A DNA stretch of 64,000 bases from Vicinamibacterales bacterium. GTDB lineage: Bacteria > Acidobacteriota > Vicinamibacteria > Vicinamibacterales > UBA8438. The notes beneath the pieces were generated by a model. It was not told the origin of the DNA, did not search any database, and was given only the letters and a program-made list of their open reading frames with translations. Below, piece after piece: positions 8,560-16,991 of this stretch. The number at the start of each line of letters is the position of its first letter. The first letter of the stretch is position 1. The DNA is taken from positions 4,058,471 through 4,122,470 of the forward strand of contig CBDEVO010000003.1 in the NCBI GenBank assembly GCA_965243615.1, written 5' to 3'. Position numbers and translations under genes: made by a program.

Positions 8560-9764
8560 GACAGGACCGTCCCGAGTTGCAGGAGGGGCAGGTACAGGGC
8601 GACGAGGAGGGCGGCGATGACGAGCCCCATCACGATCAGCAGCACCGGCTCGATCACGGCCACGAAGCGCCCGAGCCGGGTCTCGATCTCCTCGTCGAAG
8701 AAGTCGGCGACGCTCGTCAGCATCTCGCGCAGGGCCCCCGTCGCCTCGCCCACCTCGACCATCCGGACGACGACCGACGGGAAGATCCCCCGCGCGGCCA
8801 GCGCCGCGGCCAGCGCCTCGCCCTCGCGGACCCGCTGCCCGACGACCGCGAGCTGTTCCGCGTAGAACCGGTTGCCGAGGGCGCGCGCCGCCACGTCGAT
8901 GGCGTCGACCAGGGGTATCCCGCCGCCGAGGAGGGTGGCCAGGGTGCGCGACAGTTGTGAGGTCGCGAACCGGCTCGCGATCGAGCCGACGCCCGGAAGC
9001 CGCAGGACCAGCCGGTCGAGCAGCGCCGCCCGGCCCGGCCGCTGCAGCCAGCGCCAGGCCGCCCAACCCGCGAGCCCGGCGCCCGGGACGACGAGCAGAA
9101 GGTTGCTCCTCGCCGCGTCCGACACCGCGACCACGAGGCGGGTCATCAGCGGCAGCTCGGCCCCGAACCCGCCGTAGAACGCCTCGAACTCCGGCACCAC
9201 CCGAAGGATGATGATGGACACCACGACGAGCGAGAGGCCCAGCAGGATCACCGGGTAGATCAGCGCGGAGAGGGTCTTGCGTTGCAGGGCGGTGACCACC
9301 TTGACGTAGTCGACGTAGCGCCGGATGACCTCCTCGAGGCCCCCGCTCTTCTCCCCCGCCAGCAGCGAGGCGGTGTACACGCCGGGGACGAGCTCGCCCT
9401 GCGCGTCGAACGCCTCCGAGAGCGACGCGCCGGCGTGAACGCGGTCGTGGACGTCGTTCAGGACGGCCTTGAAGCCGGGATCGTCCATGCGCTGGCGCAG
9501 GATGTCGAGCGACTGCACGAGGGGTAGCCCCGCCCGCAGGAGCGTCGCCAGCTCCTGGTTGAAGACCAGGAACTCCCGGGTCCTGATGCGCCGGCGGGGC
9601 GCCGGCGAGAAGCCGGACCAGGCGAACGAGCCGCGGCGGCTGAGGGCGAGGACGTGGAGGCCCTTGGCCGCCAGCTCCTGTCGGAGGGCCGCCTCGCTCT
9701 CGGCGACGTGCACGCCCTCGATGACCTCGCCGGTCTCGTTGCCGAGTCTGCAGTGGAACTCCAT
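8556..9764 (-). CDS. gspF: GspF/PilC-family polytopic platform protein
   Basis: It contains two GspF repeats (FNQELATLLRAGLPLVQSL...; LSRTLATLLGGGIPLVDAI...) and a C-terminal TM, LLVALYLPLLQLG. The start is set at ATG 9762-9764 (MEFHCRL). Confidence 0.9.
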   Translation of the reverse strand: MEFHCRLGNETGEVIEGVHVAESEAALRQELAAKGLHVLALSRRGSFAWSGFSPAPRRRIRTREFLVFNQELATLLRAGLPLVQSLDILRQRMDDPGFKAVLNDVHDRVHAGASLSEAFDAQGELVPGVYTASLLAGEKSGGLEEVIRRYVDYVKVVTALQRKTLSALIYPVILLGLSLVVVSIIILRVVPEFEAFYGGFGAELPLMTRLVVAVSDAARSNLLLVVPGAGLAGWAAWRWLQRPGRAALLDRLVLRLPGVGSIASRFATSQLSRTLATLLGGGIPLVDAIDVAARALGNRFYAEQLAVVGQRVREGEALAAALAARGIFPSVVVRMVEVGEATGALREMLTSVADFFDEEIETRLGRFVAVIEPVLLIVMGLVIAALLVALYLPLLQLGTVLS

Positions 9765-9930
9765 GCGTCGGGGCCCGCGCCGCCGGGACGTGCACCGCGC
9801 CTCCGGCCTGCCCGACGCGATTCTAGCAGTCCGCGGCCCTCCGCGCCACGGCATCCGCGGTGCGCGCGCGGTTGCCGCATGTTTCACGGCATGTTAGAGT
9901 TGCGCCGTTTTCGCACGCACGGGAATCGAC

Positions 9931-10024
9931 CCTCCGGCAGTCCGCGCCGCAAACGGCGCGGACTGCCGGAGGGTTGGTTGGGCGCCCAGGGGAACCGAAA
10001 GCGACGAAGGGCGGACCGACTCGG
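9931..10024 (+). repeat. Dispersed intergenic repeat, copy A (best-preserved)
   Basis: It starts with a perfect 19-bp inverted repeat, CCTCCGGCAGTCCGCGCCG-caaa-CGGCGCGGACTGCCGGAGG (9931-9972). This is followed by GTTGGTTGGGCGCC...GAACCGAAAGCGACGAAGGGCGG. Confidence 0.8.
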
Positions 10025-10054
10025 ATGCCACGCACACGGCGGAGAACGACGGCG

Positions 10055-10339
10055 ATGTCTCTCGAAGCGCTCGGCATGGTGGAAACCAAGGGCCTCGTCG
10101 GCTCGATCGAGGCGGCCGACGCCATGGTCAAGGCCGCCAACGTGCTGCTCGTCGGCAAGGAGTACATCGGCGCCGGCTACGTGACCGTCTTCGTCCGGGG
10201 CGACGTCGGCGCCGTCAAGGCCGCCACCGACGCCGGCGCCGCCGCCGCCCGGCGGGTCGGCGAGCTCGTGGCCGTCCACGTCATCCCGCGCCCCCACGGC
10301 GAGGTGGAGAAGATCCTGCCGCAGGAGCCCGCGCCGTAG
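10055..10339 (+). CDS. Bacterial microcompartment shell protein, BMC-H (PduA/EutM/CcmK type)
   Basis: The translation [30 protein letters not shown]...[37 protein letters not shown] is a near-textbook BMC domain. A GGAGAA Shine-Dalgarno lies 8 nt upstream of ATG 10055. Confidence 0.95.
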   Translation: MSLEALGMVETKGLVGSIEAADAMVKAANVLLVGKEYIGAGYVTVFVRGDVGAVKAATDAGAAAARRVGELVAVHVIPRPHGEVEKILPQEPAP

Positions 10340-10416
10340 AACGGCGCGGACTGCTGGAGGGTTGGTTGGGCGCCGAGCGGAGCCGTCAGGCGACGATGGG
10401 CGGGCCAAGTCCGCGA
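10321..10416 (+). repeat. Dispersed intergenic repeat, copy B
   Basis: The sequence is GCGCCGtagaACGGCGCGGACTGCTGGAGGGTTGGTTGGGCGCCGAGCGGAGCCGTCAGGCGACGATGGGCGGGCC. The left hairpin arm overlaps the last codons and stop of the BMC-H gene. Confidence 0.8.
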
Positions 10417-10539
10417 CGCCAAGTGATCGACCCACCGCGCATCCGGCCATGGCTGATCGGGCCCTCCTGAACGGCACGGACCTCGGGTCGAGTCCCGACT
10501 CGCGCACGCCCGGCGCCCGGCCCCCCGGCGCGTCCCGCC

Positions 10540-12339
10540 ATGGCTGACAGCCCCCCCCGCATCGACTCGGACCTCGACTCGATACGCGAGGCGCGGCAGC
10601 TCGCCCGGCGGGCCCGCGACGCCCAGACGCGCCTCGCCGAGCTGACCCAGGAGCAGGTGGACGGCATGGTCGGCGCCGCCGCCGCGGCCGCCGCCACCCA
10701 GGCCGCGCCGTTCGCCCGGATGGCGGTGGAGGAGACCGGCTACGGCAACGAGGCGGACAAGGTCCGCAAGAACCTGTTCGCGGCCGAGACTATTCACCGG
10801 TTCATCGAGCCCATGCGCACCGTCGGCGTCATCCGGCGCCTCGAGGCCGAGCGCGTCGTCGAGATCGCCGAGCCGTTCGGGGTCGTCGCCGCGGTGGTGC
10901 CGTCGACCAACCCCACCTCCACCGCGATCTACAAGATCCTGGTCTGCCTGAAGGCGCGGTGCGCGGTGGTCCTGAGCCCGCATCCCGCCGCCGCCCGGTG
11001 CGTGCGACGGGTCGCCGAGGTGATGACCGCGGCCGCCGTCGACGCGGGCATGCCCGACGACGCGGTCACCTGCATGACGACCGTGACCCTCGAGGGCACG
11101 CAGGAGCTGATGCGGCGCCGCGAGGTCGCCGTCATCCTCGCCACCGGGGGCCTCGGCCTCGTCCGCGCCGCCTACAGCGCGGGGAAGCCGGCCTACGGAG
11201 TCGGGCCCGGCAACGCCCCCGCGTACATCGAACGGACGGCGGACCTGCCCAAGGCGGTGGCCGACATCATCACCGGGAAGACCTTCGACAACGGGCTGCT
11301 CTGCTCGTCGGAGAACTCCGTGGTGGTCGACGAGGCGGTGGCCGGGGAGGCGCGCCGCGAGTTCGAGCGGCAGGGCGGCTACTTCCTGAACGCGAGCGAG
11401 GCCGACCGCCTCGCCGGCGCCCTCGTCACCGCCGACCGCCTGCCCAGCCCGGAGCTGGTCGGCCGTACCGCGGCGGAGATCGCGGCCCGCACCGGTATCG
11501 ACGCGCCGGCGGGGACCCGGGTCCTCGTCGCCCCCCTCGAGGGGGTGGGGCGCGACCACCCCCTGTCGATCGAGAAGCTCTGTCCGGTCCTCTCGTTCTA
11601 CGTCGTCGCCGACTGGCGGGCGGGCTGCGAGCGGTGCATGGAGATCCTGCGCTACGGCGGGATGGGTCACACCATGGCCATCCACTCGCAGGACGAGCAG
11701 GTGATCCTCGAGTTCGGCCTCCGCAAGCCCGCCTTCCGCATCGTCGTCAACACCCCGACGACCCTCGGCTCGATCGGCATGACGACGGGGCTCGACCCCT
11801 CGATGACCCTCGGCTGCGGCGGGCACGGCGGCAACATCACCTCGGACAACATCACCCCGCGGCACCTGCTGAACGTCAAGCGCCTGGCCTGGGAGGTGCG
11901 CCCTGCCGACCGGCCTTCGCCGGAGCGGACCGACGCCGCCGCCCCTTCTCCGGCTACCCCGGCCGCCGGGCGGCCGCGCCCCAGGAGGCTCGACCCCGGA
12001 CTACTCTCCCGCCGAATCGACACGTTCCTCGCCTCGCGGGGCGTCGGCACGGCTCCGCCCTCCGCGGCGGCAGGGCCCCCCGCCCCGGCCGCGGCCCCGG
12101 CGGGGGCGGCCCCGGCGGACGACCCGAGCCCGGCGCCCCCCACTCCCCCCGCCGCATCGACGGCGCCGGCCCGGGTCGACGCGCCGACCGGGCAGAGCGC
12201 CGCCGTCGAGTTCGTCTGCGAGGACGACGTCCGCCAGGCGGTGGAGGTCGGCCGGCGCATCGCCGTCGACGAACGCACGATCATCACCCCCGCCGCCCGC
12301 GACCTCGGAGAGCGGCACGGGGTCTTCGTGGAGGCCTGA
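10540..12339 (+). CDS. CoA-acylating aldehyde dehydrogenase (PduP/EutE-like) with a ~146-aa C-terminal extension
   Basis: The ALDH core reads VVPSTNPTST, GGLGLVRAAYSAGKPAYGVGPGNAP and the catalytic-Cys context FDNGLLCSSENSVVV. From about nt 11899 there is a Pro/Ala-rich linker. The protein ends with AAVEFVCEDDVRQAVEVGRRIAVDERTIITPAARDLGERHGVFVEA. Confidence 0.9.
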   Translation: MADSPPRIDSDLDSIREARQLARRARDAQTRLAELTQEQVDGMVGAAAAAAATQAAPFARMAVEETGYGNEADKVRKNLFAAETIHRFIEPMRTVGVIRRLEAERVVEIAEPFGVVAAVVPSTNPTSTAIYKILVCLKARCAVVLSPHPAAARCVRRVAEVMTAAAVDAGMPDDAVTCMTTVTLEGTQELMRRREVAVILATGGLGLVRAAYSAGKPAYGVGPGNAPAYIERTADLPKAVADIITGKTFDNGLLCSSENSVVVDEAVAGEARREFERQGGYFLNASEADRLAGALVTADRLPSPELVGRTAAEIAARTGIDAPAGTRVLVAPLEGVGRDHPLSIEKLCPVLSFYVVADWRAGCERCMEILRYGGMGHTMAIHSQDEQVILEFGLRKPAFRIVVNTPTTLGSIGMTTGLDPSMTLGCGGHGGNITSDNITPRHLLNVKRLAWEVRPADRPSPERTDAAAPSPATPAAGRPRPRRLDPGLLSRRIDTFLASRGVGTAPPSAAAGPPAPAAAPAGAAPADDPSPAPPTPPAASTAPARVDAPTGQSAAVEFVCEDDVRQAVEVGRRIAVDERTIITPAARDLGERHGVFVEA

Positions 12340-12639
12340 ACCGGCGCGAACCGTCGACTCCCGGCCGGCGGCTTCCGTGGCGGGGCGCCCCCGCCATCGG
12401 TCTTCCGTTCGGCACGGCCGTGCCCGGGGCCGCCGGCGTGCAGAGGAGGCGCTCGCGGCCGCGAGCGTCGGGGACACCGCTCCCGGCCGCCGGCACGGCC
12501 AGGACGCCCGGGGCAGTGCCGCGCACTTCCTGCGATCAGGCGCCCCCGCGCTCCCGTTCGGTTCCTGCACCCCCAATCCGGGGCAAGCGCCCGCAAGCAG
12601 CGCTCAGGCGCCGGCAGTCTTCTTGCAACCAGACCCGCC

Positions 12640-14154
12640 GTGCTCGCCATCGTGCAAAGCGCGGCCGTGTTCGGCATCGAGGCGCATCCCGTCCGGGTCG
12701 AGGTCGACGTCTCGGACGGCGGGTTGCCGACGACCGTCCTCGTCGGCCTGCCCGACGCCAGCGTGCGCGAGAGCCGCGAGCGTATCGACAGCGCCATCCG
12801 CAACTCCGGCATCGAGTTCCAGAAGCGGCGAGTGACGGTCAACCTCTCGCCCGCGGACATGCGAAAGGTGGGCTCGGCATTCGATCTGCCGATCGCCCTC
12901 GGCATGCTCGCCGCCGCCGGTCTCGTTCCGAGGGACCGGCTCGACCGGACGCTGATCGTCGGCGAGCTTTCTCTCGACGGCGCGGTCCGGCCGGTGCGGG
13001 GGCTCCTCCCGATCGCGGCCCAAGCCGCGCGGGACGGAATCGAACGCCTGGTGGCGCCCGACGCCAACGCCGGCGAGGCGGCCATCGTCGGCGGCCTCGG
13101 GGTGCTGCCCGTGGCTACGCTCGAAGAGGCCGTCGCGGTCCTGGCGGGGCGATCCGGCCGGACCGCGGAGCCGGGGCCGCGTCCCGCCCCCGCCGTCCCC
13201 CCGGCGCCGGACCTCGCCGACGTGCGGGGACAAGCGTTGGCCCGCCGGGCGCTGGAGATAGCCGCCGCCGGAGGCCACAACCTGATCTTCATCGGGCCGC
13301 CGGGGGCCGGCAAGAGCATGCTCGCCCGGCGGCTGCCGGGCATCCTGCCCGCGTTGACGACGCACGAGGCCCTCGAGGTGACCACCATCCACTCGGTGGC
13401 GGGGCTGCTGCCGCCGGGCGGCGGGCTCGTGACCACCCCGCCCTTCCGTGCTCCCCACCACACCGCGTCGGACGTCGCGCTCGCCGGCGGCGGCGCGATC
13501 CCCCGGCCCGGCGAGATCAGCCTCGCCCACAACGGCGTCCTCCTCCTCGACGAGGCGGCGGAGTTCGCCCGCCACGTCCTCGACGCCCTGCGCCAGCCCC
13601 TCGAGGAGGGTGCGGTGCAGGTGGCCCGCGCGGCGCGATCGACGGTCTTCCCGGCCCGCTTTCTGCTCGTCGCCACCACGAATCCCTGCATCTGCGGCTA
13701 CCTCGGGGAGCCGACCCGCCCGTGCCGCTGTTCCCCGCGCCAGATCGCGCGCTATCGGAGCCGGCTCTCGGGACCGTTGCTCGACCGCATCGACCTGAGC
13801 GTCCGGGTGCCGGCGGTGCCCTTCAGCGCGCTGACCGGGACCGAGCCCGGCGAGGCGTCGGCGCCGGTGCGCCGGCGGGTCGCGGCCGCGCGCGAGGCGC
13901 AGCGGGCGCGGAACCGGTGTCAGGACGGAGCCCCGGTGAACGCCCGCCTGCACGGTCGCGCCCTCTCCCGGCACTGCGCCCTCGACGCGGCCGGGCTCCG
14001 GATCCTCGACGCGGCCAGCCGCCGGTTTCGTCTCAGCGCCCGGAGCTGCCACCGGTTGATGAAGGTGGCGCGCACGATTGCCGACCTTGCGGGCGATGAG
14101 ACGATCGCGGCCGAGCATCTCGCGGAAGCGGTACAGTTCAGGCTCGACGAGTGA
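12640..14154 (+). CDS. comM: YifB/ComM family Mg-chelatase-like AAA+ ATPase
   Basis: The N-terminus is MLAIVQSAAVFGIEAHPVRVEVDVS.GGLP...VGLPD and the Walker A is LIFIGPPGAGKSMLARR. The zinc-ribbon-like segment is NPCICGYLGEPTRPCRCSP. It uses a GTG start. Confidence 0.95.
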   Translation: MLAIVQSAAVFGIEAHPVRVEVDVSDGGLPTTVLVGLPDASVRESRERIDSAIRNSGIEFQKRRVTVNLSPADMRKVGSAFDLPIALGMLAAAGLVPRDRLDRTLIVGELSLDGAVRPVRGLLPIAAQAARDGIERLVAPDANAGEAAIVGGLGVLPVATLEEAVAVLAGRSGRTAEPGPRPAPAVPPAPDLADVRGQALARRALEIAAAGGHNLIFIGPPGAGKSMLARRLPGILPALTTHEALEVTTIHSVAGLLPPGGGLVTTPPFRAPHHTASDVALAGGGAIPRPGEISLAHNGVLLLDEAAEFARHVLDALRQPLEEGAVQVARAARSTVFPARFLLVATTNPCICGYLGEPTRPCRCSPRQIARYRSRLSGPLLDRIDLSVRVPAVPFSALTGTEPGEASAPVRRRVAAAREAQRARNRCQDGAPVNARLHGRALSRHCALDAAGLRILDAASRRFRLSARSCHRLMKVARTIADLAGDETIAAEHLAEAVQFRLDE

Positions 14155-14248
14155 CGCCGTCAGGAGTCCGCGCCGTCCCATGGCGCAGACTCGGGGCCCT
14201 CGAGGCGACGGGTGTCCGGAACGCGCGAGCGTGCCGATACTCCGGGAC

Positions 14249-14758
14249 ATGGAACTGCGCAGGACGGGAGTGTTCGATTCGCCGACGCTGCTGCTTCGGG
14301 CGGCCGGGCTGGCGCTGGGGATGGTCCTCGCCGGCCAGGCCCCGGGGGGCGGCGTCGCGGCGGCCCAGTCCGACGACGACCCGCGGGGCTGCCTGGCGCT
14401 GGCGGTCTACTGGGAAGCGGGCGGCGAGGGTCGCGAGGGCATGGCGGCGGTGGCCTGGGTCGTCCTCAACCGTCGCATGCACCGCGACTTCCCTCCGACG
14501 GTCTGCGATGTCGTCTACCAGGGCGGCACCGCGCCCGGCTGCCAGTTCAGGTTCTGGTGCGACGGGAAGAGCGACGAGCCGCGGGACGCCGACCTCTGGG
14601 CCCTCGCCCTCGACGTCGCAACGGAAGCGCTGGAGGGCCGCGGAGCCGATCCGACCGGCGGTGCGCTGTTCTTTCACGCCGCCGCCCTCGGAACCGCGCC
14701 GTGGCGGGTGCCGCGGGAACGCACCGTCCGGATCGGGCGGCACATCTACTATCGGTAG
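14249..14758 (+). CDS. SleB-like cell wall hydrolase (Hydrolase_2 family)
   Basis: It has a signal-like N-terminus. The core reads CLALAVYWEAGGEGREGMAAVAWVVLNRRMHRDFPPTVCDVVYQ...CQFRFWCDG. The start is set at ATG 14249. Confidence 0.75.
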   Translation: MELRRTGVFDSPTLLLRAAGLALGMVLAGQAPGGGVAAAQSDDDPRGCLALAVYWEAGGEGREGMAAVAWVVLNRRMHRDFPPTVCDVVYQGGTAPGCQFRFWCDGKSDEPRDADLWALALDVATEALEGRGADPTGGALFFHAAALGTAPWRVPRERTVRIGRHIYYR

Positions 14759-14788
14759 CCGGCCCGTCGCCGCGCCGCGAGCGGGCGC

Positions 14789-16906
14789 TCAGGACCCCGC
14801 GCCGACCGGCTCCGCGACGCTCCTGCCCCGACGAATCAACTCCTCCTGCACCTCGCGCCGCGGCTCGCCGGCGGCGGGGGTTCTGAGGACGTACTCGCCG
14901 TCGGACCCGCAGTCCCACACCGAGCAGTTGTCCTGCTCGTAGGCGGCCAGGATCTCGTCGAGCTCGCGCTTGAGCGCGGGGTCCTCGACGGGGATCACCG
15001 TCTCCACGCGGCCGTTCAGGTTCCGCTTCATCCAGTCCGCGGAGCCGATGAAGTGCTCCGGTCGTCCCGCGTTGACGAACCGGAAGATCCGGCTGTGCTC
15101 GAGGAAGCGCCCCACGACGCCGAACACCCGCACCGTCTCCGACAGCCCGTCCACCCCGGGACGCAGGCAGCACAGCCCGCGGACGTTGAGCCGGACGGGC
15201 ACGCCCGCCCCGCTCGCGTCGTAGAGCTCGTGGATGATCTCGGCGTCCTGGAGCTGGTTCATCTTCGCGTCGATTCCCGATGGCCGCCCCTCCCGGGCGT
15301 GCTCCGCCTCCCGGCGGATCAGCTCGATGAAGCGGCGCCGCATCGACACCGGGGCCACCAGCAGCTTGCTGCTCTCGGGATAGGGAATCACGCCGGTCAG
15401 CGAGTTGAAGACGGTGGCGACGTCGTTGCCGATCGACTCGTCGCAGGTCAGCAGTCCGACGTCCTCGTATATCCGGGCCGTACCCGAGTGGTAGTTCCCG
15501 GTGCCGACGTGCGCGTAGCGCCGCACCCCGTCCGGCTCGTCGCGCACGACGAGGGCGAGCTTGACATGGGTCTTGAGCCGCTCCACCCCGTAGGACACGT
15601 GCACGCCTTCCTTCTCCAGGAAGTTGCCCCACGCGATGTTCGGGGCCTCGTCGAACCGGGCCGTGATCTCGACCAGCACCGCCACCTGCTTGCCCTGCCG
15701 CGCAGCCTCCGCCAGTGCCCGCAGCAGCGGCGAGTCGCGGCTGGTGCGGTAGATCGTCAGCTTGATCGCGAGCACCGCCGGGTCCGTCGCGGCCGAGTTC
15801 AGGAACCGCAGCACGGAGCCGTCGAAGCTCTGGTAGGGGTGGTGCAGCAGGATGTCGCCGCGCGCGATCTCGTCGAAGATCGCCGAGGAGGTGTCGGGCA
15901 GCCGCTGGAGCCGCGGGTGGTCGGCCGGCTCGTGCGGCGGCTGGCGCAGGTCGTCGCGGCCCGGTCCGTCGAAGATCTGAAGGTCGCTCACGCCGAGCGG
16001 CGCCCGCGTGGGATAAACGTCGTCGGGGCCGATGCCGAGCTGGCGGCTCAGCCACGACACCTGATGCTCCGGCATGGTGCTGTCCACCTGCAGCCGGACC
16101 ACCCCCGCGAACCGACGGGCCTTCAGCTCCGAGCTCACCTGCCGGACGATGCTCCCGGGTTCCTCGAGCGGCGCGTCGCCGCCGTCCGCCTGGTCGACGT
16201 CTCCCTCCGCCGCGCGAGTGACCCGGAACACGTGGACCGCGGCGGGCGGCGAGCCGGGATACAGCAGGTCGAGGTTGGCGGCGATGACCTGCTCGATGGG
16301 CACGACGCCGGGGCGGTCGTCCAGGGGAATCCACCGCGGGCGGTTGCCGGGCACCTTGATGCGCACGAAGCGGGTATCGCCGTCGTGCGGAATGAAGACC
16401 GCGAGATTGAGCCCGAGGTTGCTGATGAACGGGAACGGATGCTCCGAATCGACGGCGAGCGGTGTCAGTATCGGCTGGATGTTGCGCGCGAAGTAGGCGC
16501 GCAGGGCCGCGCGCTCGTCCCGCTTCAGGTCGTCGTGCCGCAGGATGGGCAGCCCCGCCCGGGCGAGGTCCGGCACCAGCTCCTCGTGCCACAGCCGGCC
16601 GAGCTCCGCCACCTGGGTGAGGAGCTGGGCGCGGCAGGCGGCCAGCTCGTCGGCCGGGGTGCGGCCGTCGATGGAGAGCTTCTTGGCCCGGTTGTCGATC
16701 TCGCGCTTGAGGCCGCTCATGCGCTTCATGAAGAACTCGTCGTGGAGCATCCCGATGATGCCCGCGAACTTGACGCGCTCGAGCAGGGGCAGATCGGCGC
16801 GGCCGACGAGATGCAGCACCCGGCGGGCGAACCCGAGCCAGCTCAGCTCGCGGCTGAGGAACGCCCGGGCCGGTCCCAGGGCGGCGAGGCGTGCTCTGGT
16901 CGACAC
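14789..16906 (-). CDS. ppk: Polyphosphate kinase 1
   Basis: The translation looks like PPK1 along its full length: FLSRELSWLGFARRVL...RVKFAGIIGMLHDEFFMKR...LHHPYQSF...HVGTGNYH...GSADWMKRNL. Confidence 0.95.
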   Translation of the reverse strand: MSTRARLAALGPARAFLSRELSWLGFARRVLHLVGRADLPLLERVKFAGIIGMLHDEFFMKRMSGLKREIDNRAKKLSIDGRTPADELAACRAQLLTQVAELGRLWHEELVPDLARAGLPILRHDDLKRDERAALRAYFARNIQPILTPLAVDSEHPFPFISNLGLNLAVFIPHDGDTRFVRIKVPGNRPRWIPLDDRPGVVPIEQVIAANLDLLYPGSPPAAVHVFRVTRAAEGDVDQADGGDAPLEEPGSIVRQVSSELKARRFAGVVRLQVDSTMPEHQVSWLSRQLGIGPDDVYPTRAPLGVSDLQIFDGPGRDDLRQPPHEPADHPRLQRLPDTSSAIFDEIARGDILLHHPYQSFDGSVLRFLNSAATDPAVLAIKLTIYRTSRDSPLLRALAEAARQGKQVAVLVEITARFDEAPNIAWGNFLEKEGVHVSYGVERLKTHVKLALVVRDEPDGVRRYAHVGTGNYHSGTARIYEDVGLLTCDESIGNDVATVFNSLTGVIPYPESSKLLVAPVSMRRRFIELIRREAEHAREGRPSGIDAKMNQLQDAEIIHELYDASGAGVPVRLNVRGLCCLRPGVDGLSETVRVFGVVGRFLEHSRIFRFVNAGRPEHFIGSADWMKRNLNGRVETVIPVEDPALKRELDEILAAYEQDNCSVWDCGSDGEYVLRTPAAGEPRREVQEELIRRGRSVAEPVGAGS

Positions 16907-16991
16907 CGCTTCCCCTTTCGATTCGGCGGCTCGCTGTTAATATCTCGCGGGGTTTCCGCTCCCGGAAGCCTTCGATTATAGGACACCCGTC

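Noticed and set aside
6856-9795. N-terminal extensions of real genes. Examples are gspE as 979 aa, gspF as 443 aa, pilN as 443 aa, the ParA-like gene as 715 aa, the CHAD gene as 845 aa and gcvP as 1079 aa.
   Set aside because: The extensions are low-complexity R/P/G text that overlaps the upstream gene. In each case an internal ATG or GTG produces the family-typical N-terminus. That start often forms an ATGA overlap with the preceding stop codon.
9765-12640. A search for BMC-P (EutN/CcmL), BMC-T or other metabolosome genes around the shell gene.
   Set aside because: No ORF in any frame within this interval, or in the adjacent 10 kb, shows the pentamer pattern or a tandem BMC domain. The 61-aa ORF at 10362-10547 lies inside the repeat and is compositionally implausible.
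10959-14099. Very long alternative-frame and antisense ORFs in the track. Examples are 10959-14099 (1046 aa), 14547-18419 (1290 aa), 27861-30641 (926 aa), 30919-33792 (957 aa) and 50173-53178 (1001 aa).
   Set aside because: Their translations are dominated by Arg/Pro/Gly/Ala runs. They fully overlap genes in other frames or strands that have textbook motifs (aldehyde dehydrogenase, comM, ppk, ppx, nnr, gcvP). Long stop-free frames are expected by chance in DNA this GC-rich.
16907-16991. A Pho-box-like CTGTTAATATCTCG in the ppk-ppx divergent spacer.
   Set aside because: The second half-site (CTCG) is degenerate and one nucleotide out of register with the CTGTCAT-N4-CTGTCAT consensus. The AT-rich patches (TTAATAT, GATTATAGG) probably just mark the divergent promoters.
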